Source: Rhabdothermincola salaria
GTDB lineage: Bacteria > Actinomycetota > Acidimicrobiia > Acidimicrobiales > Acidimicrobilacustridaceae
DNA length: 64,000 bases
NCBI RefSeq assembly: GCF_021246445.1
Contig: NZ_JAJQXW010000001.1
Location: forward strand, 992,001 to 1,056,000
Reading direction: 5' to 3'
This document shows positions 1-12,326 of the stretch, in pieces (within the stretch, counting starts at the first letter, position 1; each line of letters opens with the position of its first letter). The notes under the pieces were generated by a model. The model was given only the letters and a program-made list of their open reading frames with translations, searched no databases and was not told where the DNA came from. The position numbers and the translations under genes were made by a program.

Positions 1-287
1 AGGAGCAGGTCGCGCTCCTCCCAGAGGGCGAACTCGTCGTCGAGGTCGACGTCGGCGTCCTCGGGCAGGAGGCGCTTGCACTTGAGCTCCACCAAGGTGG
101 CGGCGATGAGGAGGAACTCGGTGGTGACCTCGAGGTCGAGGAACTCCATGCGATCGAGCTCGGCCAGGTAGGCGTCGATGATGCGCGACAGCGAGATCTC
201 GTAGAGGTCGACCTGCTCGCGCAGGATCAGGTGGAGCAGCAGGTCGAAGGGACCCTCGAACACGGGGGTCTGCACCTCATAGGGCAT
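1..287 (-). CDS. scpA: Segregation and condensation protein A (5' part; runs off window edge)
   Basis: Not in the ORF track. Manual translation from ATG at 287 gives MPYEVQTPVFEGPFDLLLHLILREQVDLYEISLSRIIDAYL...EFLLIAATLVELK, the ScpA FEGPxDLLL signature. Confidence 0.93.
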   Translation of the reverse strand, partial: MPYEVQTPVFEGPFDLLLHLILREQVDLYEISLSRIIDAYLAELDRMEFLDLEVTTEFLLIAATLVELKCKRLLPEDADVDLDDEFALWEERDLL

Positions 288-383
288 CGGCCCACGATAG
301 GCCCGCCACGACGAGGCCCGGTGCACCGCGGTGGAGGTGCCCCTCGTCGCCGCCGGAGGTCTCGCCGCCTACCATCGCGGACG

Positions 384-1022
384 ATGCCCACATCGGCCCT
401 CCACGCCCCGTCCGGACCGACCCCGCCGCCGCCGGGAACCGCCGGACGGCGCCTACGGGGCCGCGTCCTCGTCGGAGCGCTCGTGGTGCTCGGAGCCCTC
501 GGCGCCTGCTCGTCGGAGCCGGAAGGTCCGCCTCCCGCCGAGGCGGCCGACGTCGTGGCGGGCGGTTTCGGGCTCGGCACCGATGTGCGGCAGTGCCTGC
601 TCGGGCGTTTCGAGGACGACCCTTCGTCCAGTGTCGCCCTGTCCATCGGTGGGGCCGCCTCGCTGGACGACCGCCGAGCCCTCCAGGACGTGCTCGAGGG
701 GTGCATCACGCCGGAGGCCCTCGCCGAGGTGATCGCCGCCGGCGCCGGCGCCGGCGTCCCCGGCACCGACGGCGAGCGGCAGGCCTGCCTCGAGCGAGAG
801 GTCCTGGCCCTCGACCAGGAGCGGCGGTCGCTGCTGCTGGTGGGCCTGGCCCTGTCGGGCGACGGCACGCCCGACCAGCTCGACGTCGACCTGGGCGCGG
901 TGACCAGCGAGCTGTTCGCGGCCTGCGACGTGGCATTCGACACCGACCCGGGCGACACCGACCCGGGCGACACCGACCCGAGCGACACCACCACCGCTCC
1001 CGGTTCCACCTCCGCACCCTGA
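384..1022 (+). CDS. Putative lipoprotein with a duplicated Cys-pair helical unit and a DTDPG-repeat tail
   Basis: ORF 231..1022; ATG at 384 is more plausible. RRLRGR is followed by a hydrophobic stretch and lipobox LGAC. Two C..C units (RQCL..EGC, QACL..AAC). Confidence 0.7.
   Translation: MPTSALHAPSGPTPPPPGTAGRRLRGRVLVGALVVLGALGACSSEPEGPPPAEAADVVAGGFGLGTDVRQCLLGRFEDDPSSSVALSIGGAASLDDRRALQDVLEGCITPEALAEVIAAGAGAGVPGTDGERQACLEREVLALDQERRSLLLVGLALSGDGTPDQLDVDLGAVTSELFAACDVAFDTDPGDTDPGDTDPSDTTTAPGSTSAP
938..989 (+). repeat. 15-bp tandem repeat (CGACACCGACCCGGG, about 3.5 copies) encoding DTDPG
   Basis: Units begin at 938, 953, 968 and a partial one at 983. Confidence 0.9.
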
Positions 1023-1131
1023 CTCCGCCGAGGCCCCGACGGGCGGTCTCGTCCGCAGCCCCCGCCCACGAGCCCGACCGACGGGCAACCCCTTCGGGAG
1101 GGCGTCACCGGCGTCGGTAGCATCGCCCCCC

Positions 1132-2115
1132 ATGACGCGCGTGTTCTCGGGCATCAAGCCCACCGGTCCGGTCCAGCTCGGCAACCTCCTGGGCGCCTTG
1201 CGCCACTGGGTCGCCGACCAGGGCGAGGCCGACACGGTGTTCTGCGTCGTGGACCTCCACGCCTTGACCGTCCCCCAGGACCCCGCCGAGCTGCGCTCGC
1301 GCACCCTCGAGCTGGCCCAGCTCCTCGTCGCCATCGGGATCGACCCGGATCGTTCCACCCTGTTCGTGCAGAGCCACGTGCCCGAACACGCCGAGCTGTC
1401 CTGGATCCTCGAGTGCACCGCCTCGTTCGGCGAGCTGCGCCGCATGACCCAGTTCAAGGACAAGAGCGACGGGGCCGACTTCGTCTCGGCGGGGTTGTTC
1501 ACCTACCCGGCGCTGATGGCAGCCGACATCTTGCTCTACGACACCGACCGGGTGCCGGTGGGCGACGACCAGCGCCAGCACCTCGAGCTCTCCCGCGACC
1601 TGGCCATCCGGTTCAACCACCGCTACGGCGACACGTTCGTCGTCCCCGAGGCGGCGATCCCCAAGGTCGGGGCCCGCGTCATGGACCTGCAGCAGCCGAC
1701 CCGCAAGATGTCGAAGTCGGAGGACTCGCCCCAGGGCACGATCCTGGTGCTCGAACCCCTCGACAGCGTGGCCAAGAAGATCAAGCGGGCCGTCACCGAC
1801 AACGACACCGAGGTCCGCTTCGATCCGGAGGCCAAACCGGGCGTGTCCAACCTGTTGTCCATCCTCGGGGCCTGCACCGGCGAGGACCCCGCCACCGTCG
1901 GGGAGACCTACACCCGCTACGGCGACCTCAAGGCCGCCTGCGCCGAAGCGGTCGTCGAGACGCTGCGCCCCATCCAGGACCGCTTCGCCGAGCTCGCCGC
2001 CGATCCCGAGGGCACGGCCGCCCTCCTGGCCAAGGGCGCGGCGAAGGCCCGCGAGGTGGCAGTGCCCACCCTCGCCCGGGCCCGCCACAACCTCGGCCTG
2101 CTCGCCCCTCACTGA
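1132..2115 (+). CDS. trpS: Tryptophan--tRNA ligase
   Basis: FSGIKPTG..QLGN (HIGH-like), YPALMAADILLY, VPVGDDQRQHLE, KMSKS. Confidence 0.97.
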   Translation: MTRVFSGIKPTGPVQLGNLLGALRHWVADQGEADTVFCVVDLHALTVPQDPAELRSRTLELAQLLVAIGIDPDRSTLFVQSHVPEHAELSWILECTASFGELRRMTQFKDKSDGADFVSAGLFTYPALMAADILLYDTDRVPVGDDQRQHLELSRDLAIRFNHRYGDTFVVPEAAIPKVGARVMDLQQPTRKMSKSEDSPQGTILVLEPLDSVAKKIKRAVTDNDTEVRFDPEAKPGVSNLLSILGACTGEDPATVGETYTRYGDLKAACAEAVVETLRPIQDRFAELAADPEGTAALLAKGAAKAREVAVPTLARARHNLGLLAPH

Positions 2116-2206
2116 CGCCCAGCGAGCGGCGGCGGCGACCGTTCGCCCGGTCGACACCTCGCCGCGGGCATGTCTCGACCTCGGCCCCGAGGGGTACGGG
2201 CCCTGC

Positions 2207-2518
2207 ATGGGAGCACGCCTCGACCTGCAAGACGACGACCGCCAGCGCCAGCTGGCGTGGAAGGCGGTCTCGACCCTGAGTGCGGTGGTGGGTGGCATCG
2301 CCACCCGCAAGCTGCTGGAGCTGGCGTGGTCGAGCGTCAAGTCGTCCGAGCCCCCGGGGAACCCGGCTGATCGACGGGCGTCGTGGGGGCAAGCCATCCA
2401 GTGGGCCGTCGCCACCGGCGTCGGCGTGGGCATCGGGCGGTTGGTCAGCGAGCGCCTGGCCGCCACCGGTTGGGAGATGGCCACCAGGACCGACCCCCCG
2501 GGCATGACCACGGACTGA
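2207..2518 (+). CDS. Small membrane protein, DUF4235-like
   Basis: 103 aa with two hydrophobic segments and the pattern W...EPPGNPADRRASWGQAIQWA...W....DPP, typical of actinobacterial DUF4235. Confidence 0.7.
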   Translation: MGARLDLQDDDRQRQLAWKAVSTLSAVVGGIATRKLLELAWSSVKSSEPPGNPADRRASWGQAIQWAVATGVGVGIGRLVSERLAATGWEMATRTDPPGMTTD

Positions 2519-2534
2519 TCGGACTGATCGGGAG

Positions 2535-2577
2535 TTCTCACCCCCGAAACGTTCCCGACACGCAGCCTCCGTACCGT
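2535..2577 (+). promoter_or_regulatory. GlnR-box-like direct repeat plus -10 element upstream of glutamine synthetase
   Basis: TTCTC-n6-GAAAC-n6-GACAC at 2535-2561 resembles the actinobacterial gTnAc-n6-GaAAc box; TACCGT at 2572-2577. Confidence 0.55.
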
Positions 2578-2656
2578 CCTGCCTCGCCGGCTCTACGCCG
2601 GTCCGTCTCGCTCCGCCGCACGCGGTCGGGATGTCACCGCGTGAAGGGAACGACCG

Positions 2657-4834
2657 ATGACTGGACAGGCCACCCGGCAACGGGCGATCGATGCCGTGAC
2701 CGCGTACGTCACGCCGAACGGCGGAGCCGTCGGCACCGACGCTCCCGGTGAGATCTTCGGCCAGAACGTGTTCTCGCGATCGGTGATGCAGAAGCGCCTC
2801 CCGAAGACCGTGTTCGCGTCGGTGCTGGCCACCATCGAGCACGGGGACCGGCTCGACCACACCGTGGCCGATGTCGTGGCCTCGGCCATGAAGGACTGGG
2901 CCCTGGAGAAGGGGGCCACCCACTACGCCCACGTCTTCTACCCGCTCACCGGCCTCACCGCCGAGAAGCACGACAGCTTCCTCGAACCCGACGGCTCCGG
3001 TGGCTCCATCGCCGAGTTCGCCGGCAAGACCCTCGTGCAGGGCGAGCCGGACGCATCGTCCTTCCCGAACGGCGGCTTGCGCCAGACCTTCGAGGCGCGC
3101 GGCTACACCGCATGGGACGTCACCAGCCCGGCCTACATCCTGGAGAACCCCAACGGGAACACGCTGTGCATCCCCACGGTCTTCATCTCCTGGACCGGTG
3201 AGGCCCTCGACAAGAAGACCCCGCTGCTGCGCTCCCAGCAGGCCATGGGCGCCCAGGCCAAGCGGATCCTGTCGCTGTTCGGCCACGACGAGATCTCGAC
3301 GGTGTCGTCGTTCGCCGGCGCCGAGCAGGAGTACTTCCTGGTCGATCGCCACTTCCTGTTCGCCCGCCCCGACCTGATGGCATCGGGTCGAACCCTCTTC
3401 GGCGCCCCGTCCCCGAAGGGCCAGGAGTTCGACGACCACTACTTCGGTGCCATCCCCGAGCGGGTGCTGGCCTTCATGCTCGAAGCCGAACAGGAGCTCT
3501 TCAAGCTCGGCATCCCCGCCAAGACCCGCCACAACGAGGTGGCGCCGGGCCAGTTCGAGATCGCCCCGGTCTTCGAGAAGGCCAACATCGCCACCGACCA
3601 CCAACAGCTCCTCATGGTCACCCTGCGCAAGGTGGCCCAGGCGTACGGCATGGAGTGCCTGCTGCACGAGAAGCCCTTCGCCGGCGTGAACGGCTCGGGC
3701 AAGCACGTGAACTTCTCGCTCGGGAACGCCACCCAGGGCAACCTGCTCAACCCCGGCGACACCCCCCACGAGAACGCGCAGTTCCTCGTGTTCTGCGCGG
3801 CGGTCATCCGCGGGGTGCACCTCTACGGCGGTCTGCTGCGCTCCGTGGTGGCGTCGGCCTCCAACGACCACCGTCTCGGCGCCAACGAGGCCCCGCCGGC
3901 CATCATCTCCATCTTCCTGGGAGACCAGCTGGCCGACGTGTTCGACCAGATCGCCAAGGGCGGCGCCACGGCATCGAGGGAGAAGGGGACCCTCATCATC
4001 GGCGTGGACACCCTCCCGGAGCTGCCGTCGGACCCGGGCGACCGCAATCGCACCAGCCCCTTCGCCTTCACCGGCAACCGCTTCGAGTTCCGCGCCCCGG
4101 GATCGGCGCAGTCCATCGCCGGTCCGATGGTCGCCATCAACACGATCATGGCCGATTCGCTCGACTTCATCGCCACCGAGATCGAGTCGGCGATGGCCGA
4201 CGGCGCCGAGTTCAACGTGGCGGTGCAGAAGGTGCTCGAGGGCATCATCACCGATCACGGCAGCGTGGTGTTCAACGGCGACGGCTACTCCGACGACTGG
4301 CAGGTGGAAGCGGCGGCACGAGGGCTGAAGAACCTGCGCACCACCGTCGACGCCCTGCCGGAGCTCGACAGCCCCGAGGTCCGGGACCTCTTCGCTCGCT
4401 ACGGCGTGCTGAACGAGCGTGAGCTGGCCAGCCGCTACGAGGTCTACCTCGAGCACTACCACCTGAGCGTGGCCGTGGAGGCCAAGAGCTCCCTCGAGGT
4501 GGCCAAGACGATCATCCTGCCCGCCGCCCTGCGCTACCAGGGCGAGCTGGCCGCCGGCCACGCCAGCCTGAAGGCCCTCGGCTACGACGTCGACACCACG
4601 CTGCTCGATGCCGTCCTCGCCCACGCCGCCCAGCTCACGGACGGCATCGCCGCCCTCGAGTCGGCGCTGGCCCACGACACCGCGCTGGGGTCCCTCGAGG
4701 AGGCGACGTACGCACGCGACGTCCTCCTCGAGGCCATGGGCGAGATCCGCCAGGCCGCCGACCTGCTCGAGACGATGGTCGCCGATGACCTCTGGCCGCT
4801 GCCGACCTACCAGGAGATGCTCTTCATCCTCTGA
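2657..4834 (+). CDS. glnN: Glutamine synthetase type III
   Basis: 725 aa; [76 protein letters not shown]. Confidence 0.96.
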   Translation: MTGQATRQRAIDAVTAYVTPNGGAVGTDAPGEIFGQNVFSRSVMQKRLPKTVFASVLATIEHGDRLDHTVADVVASAMKDWALEKGATHYAHVFYPLTGLTAEKHDSFLEPDGSGGSIAEFAGKTLVQGEPDASSFPNGGLRQTFEARGYTAWDVTSPAYILENPNGNTLCIPTVFISWTGEALDKKTPLLRSQQAMGAQAKRILSLFGHDEISTVSSFAGAEQEYFLVDRHFLFARPDLMASGRTLFGAPSPKGQEFDDHYFGAIPERVLAFMLEAEQELFKLGIPAKTRHNEVAPGQFEIAPVFEKANIATDHQQLLMVTLRKVAQAYGMECLLHEKPFAGVNGSGKHVNFSLGNATQGNLLNPGDTPHENAQFLVFCAAVIRGVHLYGGLLRSVVASASNDHRLGANEAPPAIISIFLGDQLADVFDQIAKGGATASREKGTLIIGVDTLPELPSDPGDRNRTSPFAFTGNRFEFRAPGSAQSIAGPMVAINTIMADSLDFIATEIESAMADGAEFNVAVQKVLEGIITDHGSVVFNGDGYSDDWQVEAAARGLKNLRTTVDALPELDSPEVRDLFARYGVLNERELASRYEVYLEHYHLSVAVEAKSSLEVAKTIILPAALRYQGELAAGHASLKALGYDVDTTLLDAVLAHAAQLTDGIAALESALAHDTALGSLEEATYARDVLLEAMGEIRQAADLLETMVADDLWPLPTYQEMLFIL

Positions 4835-4869
4835 CCGGAACGCACGGGCGACGCGTGAGGACTCGCGCC

Positions 4870-5454
4870 TCAGCGATCGGAAGACGTCGAGGCAGCGACG
4901 AGGCCGGCCTGCCAGCCGGGGGCGCGGCCGTCGCCCGGAGGACGGAGCCCGCTGACGTCGACGCCGGCGCGGACGAGTGCCCACGACACCAGCGAGTTGG
5001 AGTTCCACATGTCGCCGGCGCCGAGTTCGTCGCGCCCCCAGACCAGCGCCGGAGCGTCACGCACGGCCTCGACGACGCGCCGGGCCCGCAGTGGGCCCTG
5101 GGTCACCCGGACCGGGCCCCCGACGGCCGCCGCCAGGTCCGGGATCGTGCCGCCGGGCCAGCACCGGACCTCGTAGCGGAACAGTCGCGAGCGCCCCAGG
5201 ACCCTCGCTCCGACCGCACCCTCGGCCACCACCCCTCGCTCGCCGCGGGTGACCCACACGGGTGCCACCTCCACGCTGATCGAGTTCCCGTCGACGTGGA
5301 TCTCGAGGGCGGAGTGGTACAGGGGGCGGCGGGGGCGGCGGGCCCGAGCCGCCGACGCGGCCTCGTAGGCTCGCCCGCTCCAGCGCACCAGGCCGCCCCC
5401 CGCCCCCGCACCGAGGGGGATCCAGTACAGGTCGACCCCGTCGGTCACCTCCAC
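4870..5454 (-). CDS. Hypothetical protein, possible permuted papain-like (NlpC/P60-related) fold
   Basis: Protein-like ORF (DLYWIPLGAG, LYHSAL, WNSNSLVSWAL, APGW). Start uncertain. Confidence 0.65.
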   Translation of the reverse strand: MEVTDGVDLYWIPLGAGAGGGLVRWSGRAYEAASAARARRPRRPLYHSALEIHVDGNSISVEVAPVWVTRGERGVVAEGAVGARVLGRSRLFRYEVRCWPGGTIPDLAAAVGGPVRVTQGPLRARRVVEAVRDAPALVWGRDELGAGDMWNSNSLVSWALVRAGVDVSGLRPPGDGRAPGWQAGLVAASTSSDR

Positions 5455-5523
5455 GGCGGAGTGCCTCGGGTCGAGGCTGCCGTCGCAACCCCGGGCGAGG
5501 GCGCTCGACCGGCGACTCGACCG

Positions 5524-6048
5524 TCAGTCATCGTCCGCGTCGTGGAGGGCCTGGGCCACGGGCAGGGACACGGTCCACTCCTCGGCCGGGAGGTGGTGCT
5601 GGCGGGTCCAGGCCACGGTGAGGGGGTCGCTGCCGAGCAGCTCCAGTCGGTCGCCGCCCAGCTCCGGGTGGCGCAGGTACAGACCCACCCGGCGGGTGAA
5701 GCCTCCCGCCTTGCACCACCCGCGGATCACCGCCGGATCGCGGCCGACGGCCTTGCCGGCGAGGGTGGCGACCACCCGACCGTAGGTGCGCAGGCGGGCG
5801 TCGAGCTTGCCCACGTCGTGCAGGAGCGCGGCCGCCAGCACGGGCCGGGTGGCCTCGACCCCGAGGGCTCGTTCCACCCGCCGGGCGACGGCCGCCGAAT
5901 GGCGCCGGTCCGGACCCGACAGGCTGGACCACAGCTCCCACTCCGCCCCGGTGAGCTGGGTCCGGACCCACTCGCGCTCGGACGCGGCAGGACCGCCGGG
6001 GCGCAGGCTGGTGAAGAAGCGCGTGGCGAGGTGGACCGACGAAGCCAT
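5524..6048 (-). CDS. HD-domain metal-dependent phosphohydrolase
   Basis: DRRHS...AALLHDVGK...HPELG...HH...ADD. Confidence 0.85.
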   Translation of the reverse strand: MASSVHLATRFFTSLRPGGPAASEREWVRTQLTGAEWELWSSLSGPDRRHSAAVARRVERALGVEATRPVLAAALLHDVGKLDARLRTYGRVVATLAGKAVGRDPAVIRGWCKAGGFTRRVGLYLRHPELGGDRLELLGSDPLTVAWTRQHHLPAEEWTVSLPVAQALHDADDD

Positions 6049-6123
6049 GGGGGTCTCAGTCTGGCGTGGCCCCGGCGTGGCCGCTCCCTCTCAGGAGCGC
6101 GCCGGGGCCGTCGACCGCACCGC

Positions 6124-6495
6124 TCAGCCGGCGTGCTCGATGCAGAACCGCGTGGCCGGCATGGCCTCGAGGCGGGCCTCACCGATGGGGTTCCCGCACA
6201 CCTCGCAGGCCCCGTAGGTGCCGTCGTCGAGACGGGCCAACGCCTTCTCCACGTCGTCGAGCTGCTCGCGCAGCCGCGACGCCAGGGCCTGCGCCTCGCC
6301 CTGCTCGGCCGACACCGCGGCGGAGTCGGCGAAGTTCTCGTCGACGATGCCGCTCTCGCCCTCGACGCCCAGATCCTGGATCTGGACCTCGACCTGGGCC
6401 CGCGTCTCCTCGAGCACCCCCCGGACGTCGCCGGGGACAGGAGCCGCCGTCTCGCCGGAGGAATCGGGGGTCATGGTGCCACCGGTGTCGGTCAT
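6124..6495 (-). CDS. TraR/DksA C4 zinc-finger protein
   Basis: Coiled coil with NFADSA tip, followed by GTYGACEVCGNPIGEARLEAMPATRFCIEH. Confidence 0.9.
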   Translation of the reverse strand: MTDTGGTMTPDSSGETAAPVPGDVRGVLEETRAQVEVQIQDLGVEGESGIVDENFADSAAVSAEQGEAQALASRLREQLDDVEKALARLDDGTYGACEVCGNPIGEARLEAMPATRFCIEHAG

Positions 6496-6563
6496 CCGAC
6501 CACGGTAGCGGGACCGCGCCTCGCCGCCGTGTCAGTTCGCTCGGGCCGCCGGGGGCAGCGACC

Positions 6564-7541
6564 TCACGAGGGGGCGCCGCGGCGGGCGCGAGGGTGAGCG
6601 GCGTCGTAGGCGGCGAAGAGCCGATCGGTGGAGATGAGGGTGTACACCTGCGTCGTGCTGATCGAGGCATGCCCGAGCAGCTCCTGCACGGCGCGGATGT
6701 CGGCGCCGTGGTCGAGCATGTGCGTCGCGCACGAGTGGCGCAGCACGTGGGGGGTGAGACGCTCGCCCAGACCGGCGGCATCGCCGTGGCCACGCACGAT
6801 GGACCAGGCCCCCTGGCGCCCGAGCCGTCCCCCGCGCTGGTTCAGGAACACCGCCTCGGCGTCGCCTCGCCGCTTCCACTGTTCGGGGGCCATCTCCGGG
6901 CGCCCCCCCGGCGCCAACCAGTCGGCCAGGGCCAGTCGCGCCATCCGCCCGAGGGGCACCACCCGCTCCTTGGCGCCCTTGCCGAACAGCCGGACCAGGG
7001 AGCCGTCGAGGTCGACGTCGCCCAGGCGGAGCCCGCATGCCTCGGAGATGCGGGCCCCGGTGCCGTAGAGCACCTCCACGAGGGCCCGATCACGACGAGC
7101 TACGGCATCGTCGCCCGTGACCGCGTCGAGCAACGCCCCGATCTCGGCCTCGGTCAGGGCCTTCGGCAGCCCGGCCGGGACCCGGGGGGACTCCACCGCG
7201 GCCGACGGGTCGTTGTCGGCCAGGCCCTCCTCGGTGCGGAAGCGGTAGAGGGAGCGCACCGCCACCATCGCCCGAGCCACCGAGGACGGGGCCAGCCCTC
7301 GACCTCTCAGATGGCCCACGTAGGCGTCGAGCTCGCCGGGGCCCACGGCGTCGAGGCCCAGCCCCCGGTGCCATGACCAGGCCCAGAAGGCCCGCAGATC
7401 GCGACGGTAGGCGGCGAGGGTGTTGGCGGATCGGCCCCGCTCGGCGCTCAACCAGGTGAGGAACTCCTCGACGTCGAGCGGGAGCGGCGGTACCGGCGGG
7501 TCCTCGACGGCCGGCTCCACCGGCTCGCGCCCGGCCGTCAC
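6564..7541 (-). CDS. xerD: Site-specific tyrosine recombinase XerD
   Basis: ERGRSANTLAAYRRDL, YGTGARISE, GKGAKERVVP, PHVLRHSCATH, LLGHASISTTQVYT. GTG at 7541 overlaps the nudix stop codon. Conserved pyrG-nudix-xerD context. Confidence 0.93.
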   Translation of the reverse strand: MTAGREPVEPAVEDPPVPPLPLDVEEFLTWLSAERGRSANTLAAYRRDLRAFWAWSWHRGLGLDAVGPGELDAYVGHLRGRGLAPSSVARAMVAVRSLYRFRTEEGLADNDPSAAVESPRVPAGLPKALTEAEIGALLDAVTGDDAVARRDRALVEVLYGTGARISEACGLRLGDVDLDGSLVRLFGKGAKERVVPLGRMARLALADWLAPGGRPEMAPEQWKRRGDAEAVFLNQRGGRLGRQGAWSIVRGHGDAAGLGERLTPHVLRHSCATHMLDHGADIRAVQELLGHASISTTQVYTLISTDRLFAAYDAAHPRARRGAPS

Positions 7542-8134
7542 GAGGGCCGCCCGGCCACCCACTCACGAGCGAGGGTGAGCCCGATCACGGTCTTGGCGTC
7601 GATCAAGCGACGCTCGGCGATCAGGCGGGGGACGTCGGCGAGGGCGACGCGCTCGACGGTCATGTGCTGCTCCTCGAGGCCCTGGCGATCGTCGTCGACG
7701 CCGCGCAGGCCGGTGGCCAGGAACACGTAGGAGTACTCGTCGCTGAATCCCGCCGAGTTGACGAACTCGGCGAGGGGCTCGAGTCGATCCGCCACGAGGC
7801 CGACCTCCTCGACCAGCTCCCGGCGTGCGGTGACCTCGGGGGGCTCGTCGGCCACGTCGCGCTTCCCGGCCGGGATCTCGAGCAGCTCCCGGTCGAGGGC
7901 GGCGCGGTACTGGCGGACGAGGCTCACCGTGCCGTCGTCGTGCAACGCCACCACGGACACGGCGCCCGGGTGTCGGACGATCTCGCGTGTGAACGTCGAG
8001 CCGTCCGGGGCCCGATAGCGCCCGATCACCAGCGAGATCACATGGCCCTCGTGCAGGACCTCGTCGGCGAGGTGGGCGAAGCCGGGCGCTGGCCCGCCGG
8101 GTCCGACGTCGTGCGCGTCGTGCGCGTCGTCCAC
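7538..8134 (-). CDS. NUDIX hydrolase (ADP-ribose pyrophosphatase-like)
   Basis: REIVRHPGAV, RQYR, EIPAGKRD..E...TARRELVEEVGL, DAKT. Start at GTG just after the pyrG stop. Confidence 0.9.
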   Translation of the reverse strand: MDDAHDAHDVGPGGPAPGFAHLADEVLHEGHVISLVIGRYRAPDGSTFTREIVRHPGAVSVVALHDDGTVSLVRQYRAALDRELLEIPAGKRDVADEPPEVTARRELVEEVGLVADRLEPLAEFVNSAGFSDEYSYVFLATGLRGVDDDRQGLEEQHMTVERVALADVPRLIAERRLIDAKTVIGLTLAREWVAGRPS

Positions 8135-8135
8135 G

Positions 8136-11468
<3,333 letters not shown>

Positions 11469-11469
<1 letters not shown>

Positions 11470-12323
11470 CAGCGGTCCGCCAGGCCGAACTTGGCCTTGA
11501 GGATGGCGTGGAAGTCACGCGGCCCGAACACCACCAGGCGGGCGGTGTGCCCCGCCGCCCGGCAGGTGACGGTGTCCCCCGGAGCCAACTCGCAGAGGCT
11601 GTGCCCGTCGACGACGAGGGCGGCGGATCGCGGTTCGCCGACGGTGAGGCCGACGACGGCGTCGTCGTCGAGCACCAGCGTGCGGTCGAAGAGCATGTGG
11701 GGCGACACCGGGGTCAACAGCAGCGCCCGGTGGGTGGGATCGACGATGGGCCCGCGGGCCGAGAAGGCATAGGCGGTGGAACCGGTGGGGGTGGCCACGA
11801 TCAGCGCGTCGGCGGCGTAGGGGGTGAAGCGGGCGCGGTCGAGCTCGACGTCGATGCGCACGGTGTGGCCGCTCGTCGTCTTCTCGAGCACGACCTCGTT
11901 GAGGGCGACGACTTCGCGAACCGGCTCGCCGGCCTGGCGCACCGTCGCCGCCAACAGCATGCGGTGCTCCACCCGGAAGTCGCCGGCGAGCACCCGCTCG
12001 AGTGCCGCCTGCACGCCGTCGGGCTCGACGTCGGTGAGGTAGCCGAGGTGCCCGAAGTTCACCCCCACGACGGGGACGTCGGAGCGGGCCACGAGCGAGA
12101 CCGTGCGCAGCATCGTCCCGTCCCCCCCGAGGCTCAGGGCCACGTCGGCACCCGCGGCGAGGTCGCGGTCGTCGACCGCCAGCTCGGGGCGGCCGATGCG
12201 GTCGGCGTCCTCGGTCGGCACCCGCACGTCGTGACCGAGACCCCGGAGCCAGTCGATGGTGGTCGCCGCGACCTCTGCCGCCCGGGGGCGATCGTGGTGC
12301 ACGACGACGGCGACGACGGCCAC
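11469..12323 (-). CDS. nadK: NAD kinase
   Basis: LGGDGT, GHLGYL, ALNE, ATPTGSTAYAFSA. Confidence 0.96.
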
Positions 12324-12326
12324 GGT

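Noticed and set aside
1023..1131. T-box leader ahead of trpS (also checked tyrS and pheS)
   Set aside because: The gaps are about 60-110 nt with no T-box motif, and trpS looks leaderless.
2172..2197. GTCT-n16-GGGTAC, a possible SigF/SigB-type promoter for DUF4235
   Set aside because: The -35 match is weak and it is a single instance, so it cannot be distinguished from chance in high-GC DNA.
1928..5008. 1026-aa minus-strand ORF, and similar long antisense ORFs such as 11508-13499, 26831-28915 and 57151-59880
   Set aside because: These are shadow ORFs of well-supported genes. High-GC codon bias suppresses stops on the opposite strand, and the translations have no recognisable motifs.
6564..7541. 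Tyrosine recombinase as a phage or island integrase
   Set aside because: It has XerD motifs in the conserved pyrG-nudix-xerD context, with no att repeats, tRNA target or cargo genes.
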